Below are positions 47,758 through 57,017 of a DNA stretch of 64,000 bases, piece by piece. The notes under the pieces are model-generated. The model saw nothing but the letters and a program-made list of their open reading frames with translations. It was not told the DNA's origin and ran no database searches. Each line of letters begins with the position of its first letter. Position 1 is the stretch's first letter. Source of the DNA: a virus (lineage: Duplodnaviria; Caudoviricetes); the IMG/VR virus record IMGVR_UViG_3300044613_001789, positions 202 to 64,201 of that record. One strand, 5' to 3'. The translations under genes and the position numbers were made by a program.

Positions 47758-48056
47758 AAATACTTTTCTTTCAATAGGGTTGCGTTGATGCTTTCCAGCA
47801 AGGTGCCGGTAGCCGGAACCTTGATGCCGAGTCCCTCGAATCCGTTCACGTCGAGCGGATTGAAGATTGGTTCGTTACGTGATGCCCGTAGCCGGTAGAC
47901 TTCTACCCTAGCCTTGCTGCCGGGTATCGTGTCTGTAGGTTCCTGGTACAGAGGCAGCTCCTCGCTGCCGATTGTACCGAACACTAGCAAGGCTTCCGCC
48001 TTGCTGGCGGGGATATGCCGTTGGTGCGTAGGTAGGAAATCGTGATGCGTTGGCAT
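47754..48056 (-). CDS. Hypothetical protein
   Basis: Coupled ORF starting MPTHHDF. Confidence 0.55.
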   Translation of the reverse strand: MPTHHDFLPTHQRHIPASKAEALLVFGTIGSEELPLYQEPTDTIPGSKARVEVYRLRASRNEPIFNPLDVNGFEGLGIKVPATGTLLESINATLLKEKYL

Positions 48057-48640
48057 TAGAGTTCGATTACATTTCCTTTGGAGAATTCTGGGAAGTGAGT
48101 GACCATGATTATCTGGAAACCGGTTTCTTGACACAAGGACTCTAGTAGATTTACTAATCTAGGCCGGTGCCCGGCAGACAGGAACCTAAAGGGCTCATCC
48201 AAGATGAGCACCTTGCTAGGTTGCGGTACGCTTAGGATTAGCGTAGCTAATCGCAGAGCGAATGATATCACATCTACTACTCCACCGCCACAGGCGGTGA
48301 GTGGGTCGTATTCGTTACCGGCAGCGTCATTAAGAACGCAACGGGCTTCGGTTTGTTCTCGCTTCTGCTCGAACACCAAAGCAAACCGATAGCGGTTCTC
48401 AGGGAAGACGGCTTCTAGGCATCGGGTAACCAAGGCAGATATGGAGTGCTGGCACTCCTGCTGACAGGCTACCGCAATATCCGTTACCTTTGATCCTACG
48501 GCGGCTAGAGCGGTTTTCCGCTCTTGTAGCCACAGGATCTCGGTTTCGGTATCCTGGAGTTTCTGGAGCAGGGCGTCTCTAGCCGCTACCTTAGTCGCCA
48601 AGGCGACTGCTTCGGTTTTGAGGTAGTGTTCGAGTTCCAT
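48056..48640 (-). CDS. Rad50/SbcC-like ATPase, C-terminal half
   Basis: CGGG signature, LILDEPF Walker B, IMVTH. Confidence 0.9.
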   Translation of the reverse strand: MELEHYLKTEAVALATKVAARDALLQKLQDTETEILWLQERKTALAAVGSKVTDIAVACQQECQHSISALVTRCLEAVFPENRYRFALVFEQKREQTEARCVLNDAAGNEYDPLTACGGGVVDVISFALRLATLILSVPQPSKVLILDEPFRFLSAGHRPRLVNLLESLCQETGFQIIMVTHFPEFSKGNVIEL

Positions 48641-48862
48641 CTATACGATAGCCCGGTATTCGTTTCTTAGTTTGCCAATCTCTTCGCTCAGTTGATCCAG
48701 CTCCTTTTCGGCCTTGCCGATTTCAGCTACGGCCTCTTCAAGAGACTGAATGCCGAAATCGGCATTCAGTCGCTCCATGAGCGACTTCTGCCTACCGATG
48801 ATCTGGTCCCGTTCTGACTTGAGCTGTTCCAGCTCCTTCTTGACTTTATCCAGGCTTTCCAC
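48641..48862 (-). CDS. Small coiled-coil protein
   Basis: Heptad pattern, adjacent to the Rad50 C-half. Confidence 0.7.
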   Translation of the reverse strand: MESLDKVKKELEQLKSERDQIIGRQKSLMERLNADFGIQSLEEAVAEIGKAEKELDQLSEEIGKLRNEYRAIV

Positions 48863-49022
48863 AACCGCAATCCTGTTTCACTAGGGTACACTTACCGTTA
48901 TGTTTGAATGGACAAGGTATCGACCTAGCCATTGGTATTTCGCAGGTCGCTTTAGCGACTACTTCGAGGCATTCTACGCAAATGACTTCTACTTGGAAAT
49001 CGGTATTAGGCGGATTGGTCAT
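48846..49022 (-). CDS. Small Cys-rich protein (58 aa, not in ORF track)
   Basis: MTNPPNTDFQVEVICVEC...CPF...C...DCGCGKPG; ATGA overlap. Confidence 0.5.
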   Translation of the reverse strand: MTNPPNTDFQVEVICVECLEVVAKATCEIPMARSIPCPFKHNGKCTLVKQDCGCGKPG

Positions 49023-49339
49023 AGCGTGACTCTCTTTACGATCTCACGACATTCTTTAATATGTAGATTCAGCTCTGTCAGTCCCATCCATTCGACAGTC
49101 GCAAATCGCTGGATGATCTTAAACATGTCAGGTGCCGCAGCAATCAACTTAGCATCGGGACCGTGAACGTCAATGTCCGCTCCATACTCTCCGCACGCTG
49201 ATCCGTCACTATGGATTTGCGGCTCAACCTTGTCGCCATTGGAATGGAAACCGTAATCGCCAATCGCAACCAATTTGTAACAGTCTAAATTATCATAGTA
49301 CTTCCACACCCACGGTCCCGGCGTATGTTTACTTTCCAT
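49019..49339 (-). CDS. Hypothetical phage protein
   Basis: HTPGPW...DAKLIAAAPDM motif. Confidence 0.8.
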   Translation of the reverse strand: MESKHTPGPWVWKYYDNLDCYKLVAIGDYGFHSNGDKVEPQIHSDGSACGEYGADIDVHGPDAKLIAAAPDMFKIIQRFATVEWMGLTELNLHIKECREIVKRVTL

Positions 49340-50222
49340 TTACCAGATGCTCCAATAGATCTACGTAGACAACTCGTTCCTGTCCGGTACTATGCTCCAC
49401 CTGAGCAGCAAGCTGCTCCCGGAAGCTGGCTTTCGTTACCTGTAGAGTAGCCAAAGAATCGGTTACCGATTCTTCTGCCTTAGCCGTTACGCTCTCTTGC
49501 CACTTAGGCTCTAGCTCAGGGAAGCGTACCGCTTCATAGGAGCCGTCTGCGTAGACTAGCCCTAGCAGCGGTATATGGTCCTGTTGTGCTGACGTGGTCG
49601 CAAATAGCGACCCGTGGTTCAAGAACTTACCGGCTTGCCATGCAATATGGTTATCGCCTACAGCGATGAGATTAAAGTATTGCATCAATTCGGTAGCCTT
49701 GCTGACGTTGCTCTCGTCGGTTACACCGACGTAGGCATTGGCCGCCGTTGCCCACATATACTTGTGAATCAGGCATACGGCAGGTACGCCTTCTAGAGCA
49801 GACTCGCCCGGAGGCGAGTAGTGCTCCCAGGGCATACTGAACAAGGCTACGGCATTCCGCATGTTGCCTATTACGCGCCAAGTGTTGGCCGGTATGTCGA
49901 AGACAATACCGGCTTTCACTAACGCGCCGTAAGCTCCTTGCATACGGTCTTCGTAGCGATGGTTGATGAGGTCGTGCTGACCGGGTATGACGTATAACTC
50001 GAAATCCTTGAGGGCGGAGATTGCCCAGGAAACAAGGGAGCTAGGCGTATCAGCACGATCAAAAAGATCGCCGGCGACGGCAATCGGGATGGACGGGTAG
50101 GCGGTTCGGAGTTGATGGAACCGGGCTTCCATTACGTCGTACCAGGACTTCTCGGCCCGTGAAACGGGCACGGTAGACCGAAGGTGCCAGTCGGAATTTG
50201 TGATTAGGATGGGAATTTTCAT
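49329..50222 (-). CDS. Mre11/SbcD-like metallophosphoesterase nuclease
   Basis: SDWH, AGDLFD, PGQHD, GDNH, NHGS. Confidence 0.9.
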   Translation of the reverse strand: MKIPILITNSDWHLRSTVPVSRAEKSWYDVMEARFHQLRTAYPSIPIAVAGDLFDRADTPSSLVSWAISALKDFELYVIPGQHDLINHRYEDRMQGAYGALVKAGIVFDIPANTWRVIGNMRNAVALFSMPWEHYSPPGESALEGVPAVCLIHKYMWATAANAYVGVTDESNVSKATELMQYFNLIAVGDNHIAWQAGKFLNHGSLFATTSAQQDHIPLLGLVYADGSYEAVRFPELEPKWQESVTAKAEESVTDSLATLQVTKASFREQLAAQVEHSTGQERVVYVDLLEHLVNGK

Positions 50223-50434
50223 GGTACTTTCGGTGTCTCCGGTAACGGCATCCAGTGAGTGCAGGGATACCATCCGTCGTGTGTTTCCATTGCGATAGCA
50301 TCACCCTCTGTTTTGTGTCCTTCGTACCAACCAAACTCAACGTCGCCAAATCCTTCTTCGTCGATGCGGCAGCAGAACAAAACGAATTCGTGTTCTTTTG
50401 GTAACTTTTCGGTTATAGGTATCCAGTTGCTCAT
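50219..50434 (-). CDS. DUF551-like protein
   Basis: WIPITEKLP...THWMPLPE.P. Confidence 0.85.
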   Translation of the reverse strand: MSNWIPITEKLPKEHEFVLFCCRIDEEGFGDVEFGWYEGHKTEGDAIAMETHDGWYPCTHWMPLPETPKVP

Positions 50435-50604
50435 TGTCTGTCCTTACTAAGTTCGTACCAGATGAAAAAAGCATTAGCCAAGGAATAACAAAACCACGCT
50501 CCCGCGTGCGGGTAGTCCTTGTCCACGTAGTTACCTACGGCAACTATCAGATAGAGGACTATGGAAATCGCCATAGCTGCCGTGGTTAGGGTTGCTGTGC
50601 TCAT
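50431..50604 (-). CDS. Small two-TM membrane protein (57 aa, not in ORF track)
   Basis: IVLYLIVAVG...AWFCYSLANAFF. Confidence 0.6.
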   Translation of the reverse strand: MSTATLTTAAMAISIVLYLIVAVGNYVDKDYPHAGAWFCYSLANAFFIWYELSKDRQ

Positions 50605-50607
50605 ACT

Positions 50608-51825
50608 TTACTCCACAGTAAATTTGTCAATTTTAGTAAAACAACCGGCAGGATTTGCACCTGCGAATTTAGTCTTGTCGATCTGCCTAATGCTTCCGGC
50701 TTCGGTTGTTGGAACCCACCCACACCGTTCACACGGTGCCGGTTTACTTAATTCCCTGACCGATTCCTCGGTCTTCTGAATCCTACCTGCTAAAACCGTC
50801 AGATCGATTTCCTGGATCGTTTCGATGATCCCTTTGAGCACCGAAATCTTTTGTTTGGACGGAATTACTATAGCGTCCAATCCGGCCAACGTATCCAGAA
50901 TTTGGCGATTTTTCGACATAATTTGGATGCCGGCTTCCTGGTGGTCGGATGCGATGACGGCTAATCTGTCTCGGTAGCTTCGCACCCCGATAAACCCCTC
51001 TAGCTTCGCGATTCTCGCGTCCAGAGACGGCAGTGAGTCAAAGGCCGCCTGGGCGGCCAGAATCGATTCTAGCCCCTGTTTTGTGGCTTTACGGGCATCT
51101 ACCGCTGCGGCATACGCTCGGATGGAATCCAGGCACTGGATCTTGGCGTTTAGGAGCCGTATCGACCACGCATAAGTCTCGCATTCGGTATTCGCCGCTG
51201 CTAAATCGGCACGCCGATTACTTAGCTCCGACTCTTGTTGCGCCAAATCCTGTAATTGCTTTAGCAATTCCTGCTTCCGGTCTAGGTTCTGGTACGGCAG
51301 CAAGTCAATCTTGTATCGGATTAGCTTATGTTGTTCGCTGTCAATTAGAGTTCCTAATTTGGCAGACTGCGTCCGGAGCCAACTAATCGACTTGTCGATG
51401 TCGTCGAGGGCTACTATGCGGTTTATTTCCTTAGCTAACTGCCCGCCAGTCAACGCTAACAGAAATACGGAATCCATTTGACTCTGAAAATTAACGTCAG
51501 TTAGCATTAGCCGATCTGATACTGCTTTCGGCTGCTGCTTGGCACAGGCTAAGAACTTTTCTTGTCCTACCTTATAGCCGTATTCCTTGGCGTTCTTGAA
51601 TCTGATGACTCCGCCGGCTTTCGTCAGGACGCCCACTTGGAGCGAGGTTTCGCCGTGGGTCACTAATCCGCTTGAGGATTCGTGCAACGCAATGAACCTC
51701 AAAGCACGAATGATAGCTGATTTCCCGGTGTCGGAGGCACCGACCACTACGTTAAGTCCTGGGTTTACCGTCAGCAACAAATCCCGGTGAGCCTGAAAAT
51801 TGACTAGTTTGATCTGGCGAATCAT
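50608..51825 (-). CDS. Rad50/SbcC-like ATPase, N-terminal half
   Basis: NFQAH, GASDTGKSAIIRA Walker A, Q-loop, coiled coil, CERC hook-like motif. Confidence 0.9.
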   Translation of the reverse strand: MIRQIKLVNFQAHRDLLLTVNPGLNVVVGASDTGKSAIIRALRFIALHESSSGLVTHGETSLQVGVLTKAGGVIRFKNAKEYGYKVGQEKFLACAKQQPKAVSDRLMLTDVNFQSQMDSVFLLALTGGQLAKEINRIVALDDIDKSISWLRTQSAKLGTLIDSEQHKLIRYKIDLLPYQNLDRKQELLKQLQDLAQQESELSNRRADLAAANTECETYAWSIRLLNAKIQCLDSIRAYAAAVDARKATKQGLESILAAQAAFDSLPSLDARIAKLEGFIGVRSYRDRLAVIASDHQEAGIQIMSKNRQILDTLAGLDAIVIPSKQKISVLKGIIETIQEIDLTVLAGRIQKTEESVRELSKPAPCERCGWVPTTEAGSIRQIDKTKFAGANPAGCFTKIDKFTVE

Positions 51826-53042
51826 AGGATTTCTCCATATTGATAAAAGCTCTGCTTCGGTAGGTTCCGTGTCCAGAAAGCCCGTTGCAGACCAGCCTCA
51901 TACATCTGCAAGATCCCCAGATCCAATTCGGCTAGCGAATCGATGCCGTTGTACAGCATCAACTCCCGGCGGTTGGCCAAGTGTACCTTGTTCAGGCCAT
52001 AGGTGTCAGAGTCCTCAAAATACTTATCCACGTTGTGGGCGTAAAACGCCTGTCCCAGGCGAGCAAACGCCTGAAACTTCAAACCGGCTACGCCCGGTTG
52101 CGGGTCGTGCATGTGGGCAGCGATCACGTTATCCCATACCCAGTTCTTAACCGTTACCCCGTATTTCGTTCTCGACCATCGGTCTTCGAACTTCAAGTTA
52201 GCCGCTATCTTCCGGCAGTCGGAAGTCAGGTACGCCTTCCAGGCGTCTACTAGAGCATCCGTCATACTGAATGCCACGCACCTAGTCTCGTCTCCGACGA
52301 GCCACGCTACCGAAGCCGTATAGACTTTAGATGCCTGCCTCTCTGGCTTCAGGCTATTGGTTTCGTAGTCGAATGCCGTAAGCGGCGATAAGCTCGCTTC
52401 GGCGAGCAGTTCCTTGATCTCGGCTATCGACTCTGGCATCTGAACCATCTTGGCGTAGTCAGCTATGTGGTCGCCGTAAGGGCGACCCTCAGAATTAAAC
52501 GCCTTTAGCATTTGGCGGGTATGGTAGATTTCGCTGACGGCTGGATTCTTACCTAACGCTATTCTGCCAATAGGGAATACCCAGGCATTCAGTTCCTTGC
52601 TAGGAATCCCTTGCCAAAACCATCGATCTGGCATCTCGGCATTCTGATCCCATAGCCAATGGATGACGGATTTCAATGCCGTCTTCCCCCAGATCAATAC
52701 CTTCTCCGGTTGTAGGCGTTTGATCTCGGAGATTAGCAGTGGTTGGCAATGTTTCCAGGGTTCTTCTCCCGCCGTGTCGGATTCGGAGTAGCAGGCTTGG
52801 GCAGGAACGATCACTAATTCGCGTAGCGAATGTCCGATCTTTCGCAGGTTGCCTTCTATCCGTTCGTATTGTGCCGGTGAGATGTTGCGGTCAGCACTAG
52901 GCTTATCGACCACTATGACGGCTTTAGCCGTCCCTGGTCTGGCTTTCTGCATCCCGTGGGTGCATTTGCGGAGCAGGCCACATGCTCCGCATGCCGGGGC
53001 TATCGGTTTCGATTTGGTGTGTTGGGTGAAAAATGTGAACAT
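51822..53042 (-). CDS. Uracil-DNA glycosylase family 4-like domain fused to a DnaQ-like 3'-5' exonuclease
   Basis: CGACGL...C, C...LISEI..LQP; AFDYET (ExoI), NLKFEDRW (ExoII), YNGID (ExoIII). Confidence 0.8.
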   Translation of the reverse strand: MFTFFTQHTKSKPIAPACGACGLLRKCTHGMQKARPGTAKAVIVVDKPSADRNISPAQYERIEGNLRKIGHSLRELVIVPAQACYSESDTAGEEPWKHCQPLLISEIKRLQPEKVLIWGKTALKSVIHWLWDQNAEMPDRWFWQGIPSKELNAWVFPIGRIALGKNPAVSEIYHTRQMLKAFNSEGRPYGDHIADYAKMVQMPESIAEIKELLAEASLSPLTAFDYETNSLKPERQASKVYTASVAWLVGDETRCVAFSMTDALVDAWKAYLTSDCRKIAANLKFEDRWSRTKYGVTVKNWVWDNVIAAHMHDPQPGVAGLKFQAFARLGQAFYAHNVDKYFEDSDTYGLNKVHLANRRELMLYNGIDSLAELDLGILQMYEAGLQRAFWTRNLPKQSFYQYGEIL

Positions 53043-54077
53043 CTATGACTGGATTACCTCCGCACTTACGCAATAGCAGCAACCGTCACTCTTTACCCGA
53101 ATCATGGTTTCGCATACCTCTATCGGAGCTGCGTACCGCAGCACGTTAGGCAGGACTTCCGGGTTGGTTTTCACCAACAACGTAGGGCCGGTATAGTCTA
53201 AATCCCTATCCTCTTCGAACCAACCGCTACCACTGTCGGCCCGAACTAACAGGTTTCCGTTCGATAGGGTGAATTCAATCTGCTTTCCTTCTGCCTTCTC
53301 TGCGACGAACGGCATCGCCCTGGCGATGATATCAGCAACGGATACCGGCAGCAATACAGACTGCTTGGCAGTCTCCGTGAAAATGGCGCCGATGTTCGGG
53401 TACGCTTCGGCTATTAGCCGAACTGATACTATGACGCCTGCATAAGTTCTGAAGTGAACCCAGTTATCGCCATAGGCGATAGCCGCTAGCCCCAAGCCAT
53501 CTAAGCCTTTCAGGCTTTCGGCTCTCACTAGCACGGCTCCCTCTTTGCGACCTGTCGCAACTAGAAACCGGATTGCCTGACGGCAATCGGTAGCCTGGAT
53601 GCCCTTGGGGCCAAATGCTACACAAGTCAAAGCGAATGTAGCCGAATCCTTTGCCGCACATGGTGCGACCCTGGCTATGGCTTCCCCGAAGATAGGCGGA
53701 AGATCGACGTATTCGGTAGCCTGCTCGACTTCTTCGAGCGGTAGGACGATATCGTCCATCTTCGGGATCTGTTGTTTGCGGCGGTCGGAGCCGCCTTTTA
53801 GCTTAATTTTGTCAGCTTCGCAGGTAATCTCTATTTCGTCATCTGGAGATTTGCGTAAGGTTTGTAGTAGGGTTTTCGAAGGAACGGCACCGTAGCAGTC
53901 GAAAGGAACGCCCTCGGCGTTCGCTAGGGGACTGGAGCAGCATATCTCGCCGTTGTAGGTATGGACAATTCCGTTCCGGAATACGAAGCAGGAACTTTGC
54001 TCCATGTTGTCCTTGCTACTTAGCCCCAGCGAACACGCTTCCAGCGTGCGTAGCAAATCGGCTCTAACGAACTTCAT
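53043..54077 (-). CDS. DNA polymerase III beta clamp-like protein
   Basis: Length and motifs L..V, ATD, S.RLI...YP. Confidence 0.75.
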   Translation of the reverse strand: MKFVRADLLRTLEACSLGLSSKDNMEQSSCFVFRNGIVHTYNGEICCSSPLANAEGVPFDCYGAVPSKTLLQTLRKSPDDEIEITCEADKIKLKGGSDRRKQQIPKMDDIVLPLEEVEQATEYVDLPPIFGEAIARVAPCAAKDSATFALTCVAFGPKGIQATDCRQAIRFLVATGRKEGAVLVRAESLKGLDGLGLAAIAYGDNWVHFRTYAGVIVSVRLIAEAYPNIGAIFTETAKQSVLLPVSVADIIARAMPFVAEKAEGKQIEFTLSNGNLLVRADSGSGWFEEDRDLDYTGPTLLVKTNPEVLPNVLRYAAPIEVCETMIRVKSDGCCYCVSAEVIQS

Positions 54078-54573
54078 CGGGAGGGCTCCAGCGGAAAGTA
54101 ATGGCGTTGCCATTCTCAAGTTCGGGATACTTGTTCGTTTTTATAGGAAGCTCGGCCATAAAGCCGAGCGACCGGAAAAACAACTGCATCTCGGTGTAGT
54201 CTTCTGGAACATCGGCTTCGTATTCCTGGATGCCGTGTAAGTTGCCGGTTGCGTAGAGCGGCAATAGGATTCGGGTGCCGATACGGTTACGACGTACTTC
54301 TGGGTGAATAAGGATTCGGGCTATCCGAATCACGGGGCGGTTAAGCACCGCCGCGACCACTACACCGACGATGTTGTTGGTAGCGCCGTGTACGGCGACT
54401 ACAACTATGTACCGGTTGCGTTCATCCTCAACATCTAGCTTCGATGCCCACCATCTACGGGTTTTCGGGGCTTCGGAGAACAAATGGTCGAACTCCTCGA
54501 TACCGGGGAGATCGACCATTTGGGCCTCGCGATAGTGCGCATAGCATGCTAACGAAGGTTTGTCATCTTGCAT
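54064..54573 (-). CDS. GNAT-family acetyltransferase
   Basis: IHPEVRRNRIGT.IL, FFRSLGF. Confidence 0.8.
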   Translation of the reverse strand: MQDDKPSLACYAHYREAQMVDLPGIEEFDHLFSEAPKTRRWWASKLDVEDERNRYIVVVAVHGATNNIVGVVVAAVLNRPVIRIARILIHPEVRRNRIGTRILLPLYATGNLHGIQEYEADVPEDYTEMQLFFRSLGFMAELPIKTNKYPELENGNAITFRWSPPDEVR

Positions 54574-54582
54574 CGTTGTTAC

Positions 54583-55266
54583 CTATTTTTTCCTGAACGC
54601 TGTGTTCGCTGGTGTATTCAAAGCTCTTTCCACCGACCATCCTCTTCGTAGTCTTTCCTCTAAGGTTCCTTTATTGATGCCTTTTTCCGCAGCCCAGTCC
54701 GCTTTGCATTGCGTCCTGCCGTCAATTGTCCAATTGCGGTTACGTCTTGTGTTGCGGCTTTGCTCCCAGTCAGTAGCCCACCTACAGTTACCCGGCTCAT
54801 AGTTGCCATTCACGTCTATTCTATCTATCGAATGCTTATCGGTAGGTCTTAATCCAATGTCCTCTAGGAAATTCAGGAAACCTTTTTCCTGGTCTAGCCA
54901 TCGGTCACAGACGCGGATTCCGCGTCCTCCGTAGTCTGCATATCCGTTTCTGTTCGGGTTCGTGCATCTTTGTAGCATATTTTGCCATATAGAATATTCT
55001 GGTAGATGCCTTTTTCTGTGTTTGGTCGTCCTTGCTATTGTTACATCCCTTTTGAGGCAGCCGCAGCTTTTAGTGTTCCGCGAGACAAGCGAACTAGTCT
55101 CCACTACTAGGATGTTCCCGCATTCGCATTGGCATACTTGGAAAGATCTGTCTTGTCCACGTCTGGGTAAAATGAATTTAGGACCGATAGTTGTCAAACG
55201 GTGTGTAGTCGCAGGAACAAATTCCGTTGCAACGCGAACGGAATGGATTACAATGTATGTAGCCAT
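54583..55266 (-). CDS. Free-standing HNH-type endonuclease, copy 3
   Basis: Same motif set as copies 1 and 2. Confidence 0.85.
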   Translation of the reverse strand: MATYIVIHSVRVATEFVPATTHRLTTIGPKFILPRRGQDRSFQVCQCECGNILVVETSSLVSRNTKSCGCLKRDVTIARTTKHRKRHLPEYSIWQNMLQRCTNPNRNGYADYGGRGIRVCDRWLDQEKGFLNFLEDIGLRPTDKHSIDRIDVNGNYEPGNCRWATDWEQSRNTRRNRNWTIDGRTQCKADWAAEKGINKGTLEERLRRGWSVERALNTPANTAFRKK

Positions 55267-55341
55267 CTGAAATACTACCTTATTTTATGTGGTTAGAATA
55301 CCCAAGCGGTTGACTCCCGCTTGGGTATTCGCATTATAACA
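55267..55341 (-). promoter_or_regulatory. Extended -10 promoter plus 14-bp palindrome upstream of HNH gene 3
   Basis: Minus strand TGT-TATAAT-GC-GAATACCCAAGCGG-N7-CCGCTTGGGTATTC-TAACCAC. Confidence 0.8.
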
Positions 55342-55350
55342 CAAAAAGGC

Positions 55351-55887
55351 TTATCGTCTTCCATTTTCAATCGCAGATTTGAGTAGTGTTTTGAGCGAGG
55401 GGTCCGTTAGGAACAGGTGGTAATTATGCGCTATCAGGGCGTCTTCCGGCGATTCTTCGCCGAAGTCGCTGACTAATCCCAGGGCTGCCGCCGGCATCAC
55501 GATTACGGCGTCCCGGCGATCCCGTTTGTGGATGACGGCCCAATATGGAGTACCAGCGAGGGATGCCGATTTCTTGGCCTGATCGATAAAGTCCCAGAAG
55601 CCTCCAGAAGTCTTTTCATAGAGATCCGCTACGCTAACTCTGGGGTAGCCTCGCTTCAGTTCCCAAGTCGTGTAATCCAGCAGCACTTGAGCCTCGCCGC
55701 ACTGGGCGGCAATATCACCTGCTGCATTGATTGTGGTCTGCCCGTTCTTAGCCCGTTGGGTAGCCCTACCGCCCGACTGACTGGATCTCCAGAACCAATC
55801 ATCATTAGTTCCGTCGCTCCACCACAGCGAGATTTCGCGGCACACGTCTCTTTCAAACTGGCCACCCTTGCCATGCCCTTTAGCCAT
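55351..55887 (-). CDS. Holliday junction resolvase (PD-(D/E)xK type)
   Basis: KG..FER, SGG, GDI, ELK. Confidence 0.8.
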   Translation of the reverse strand: MAKGHGKGGQFERDVCREISLWWSDGTNDDWFWRSSQSGGRATQRAKNGQTTINAAGDIAAQCGEAQVLLDYTTWELKRGYPRVSVADLYEKTSGGFWDFIDQAKKSASLAGTPYWAVIHKRDRRDAVIVMPAAALGLVSDFGEESPEDALIAHNYHLFLTDPSLKTLLKSAIENGRR

Positions 55888-56182
55888 TGTTAATGGACTC
55901 CCACTTCGCCTTAACCAGAGGTCGCTCCTCGACCATTTGCTCGATCATCTCCCGCCGGTACATGGCAGCATAACGAGCGTGGTTACGCTCACTCAGCGTA
56001 CCGCAAAGGAACTGAAGCAAGTGCCGGTCCTTGATACGCATTACGTGCGTAATCATCTGTGGCCGAGGCTGTTGTTTTTTCTCCAGCTTATTCCAAATGC
56101 GTAGGTTCCGGCGAACCTGTGCCTTCAGTTTAATTTCATCCTGCTTTCGGATGATTTCCTTCAGCCGTTTCTTCTCATTCAT
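55880..56182 (-). CDS. Hypothetical basic protein
   Basis: Coupled ORF. Confidence 0.55.
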   Translation of the reverse strand: MNEKKRLKEIIRKQDEIKLKAQVRRNLRIWNKLEKKQQPRPQMITHVMRIKDRHLLQFLCGTLSERNHARYAAMYRREMIEQMVEERPLVKAKWESINNG

Positions 56183-57017
56183 AGCTAGGCATTCCTAATT
56201 CGTAATAAGCGCCGATGTTATCGGCTAGTCGCAACCATTGAATCCTACTGGTCTGCTCGACCAAAGGTTTGATCTCCGCACCCTTGAGCGGCAAGTATAC
56301 CAGCGGCATGTTCTTACTATAGACCGATAAGTTGTCTACAAAGGTCTTGTATTTGGAATTTTCTTCCTTTATTTGACCCCGTAGCCATTTGCAGGCGGTC
56401 TTCTCCGCAACGCCCGGCAAGCCGGGCACATTGTCACTGTCGCATCCTGCCCATGCCTTAGCACTTGCCCACTGTACCGGCGGAATGTCCCATTCCGTAA
56501 TGAAATCGACTTCGGTGTAGAGATTACCCTTAACCGGATTATAGAGCCGAACATTCGGCTTTAGGCATTGATACAAGTCTTTATCGGACGATACCATTAC
56601 AAATTCTAATTCCGGATGCTTTTGGATGGCTGCCGCCATCATGTCGTCGGCTTCGTAGCCTCTCTGCATCAGAAGGTTCTTAGCACCCATCATGTGCAAT
56701 AGGCCAGGAAGCTGATCGATTTGCTGATACATCCCCTGACGCTTCTCAGCGTCACTAGGACTCTCTTGGGCTCGCTTGGCTTCCCGGTTGCCTTTGTATT
56801 CCGGGTACAATTCCTTCCGTTTGCTGTGTTTAGAATCGAAGCAGAATGCGAGATTCCAAGTATCGAACCGCCGTTCTAGCTGTTCGCAGGTCTTCCATAT
56901 CTGGAAGAGAGCACCCGTGAAACGGGTAGGGTCATCAGGGTGCGTCAAATCGCCGACAGTAAACAAGGCTCTGTGTGCCAGATTGTTCACGTCGATAAGG
57001 ATAAAAGGTTTATTCAT
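56175..57017 (-). CDS. 5'-3' exonuclease / flap endonuclease
   Basis: ID.NNL.HR, RKELYPEYKGNR, EADD, SSDKDLYQ, G..SDNVPG. Confidence 0.93.
   Translation of the reverse strand: MNKPFILIDVNNLAHRALFTVGDLTHPDDPTRFTGALFQIWKTCEQLERRFDTWNLAFCFDSKHSKRKELYPEYKGNREAKRAQESPSDAEKRQGMYQQIDQLPGLLHMMGAKNLLMQRGYEADDMMAAAIQKHPELEFVMVSSDKDLYQCLKPNVRLYNPVKGNLYTEVDFITEWDIPPVQWASAKAWAGCDSDNVPGLPGVAEKTACKWLRGQIKEENSKYKTFVDNLSVYSKNMPLVYLPLKGAEIKPLVEQTSRIQWLRLADNIGAYYELGMPSYE

Noticed and set aside
8415-55266. Group I introns or inteins hosting the HNH genes
   Set aside because: Each HNH gene is intergenic with its own promoter; flanking genes appear intact
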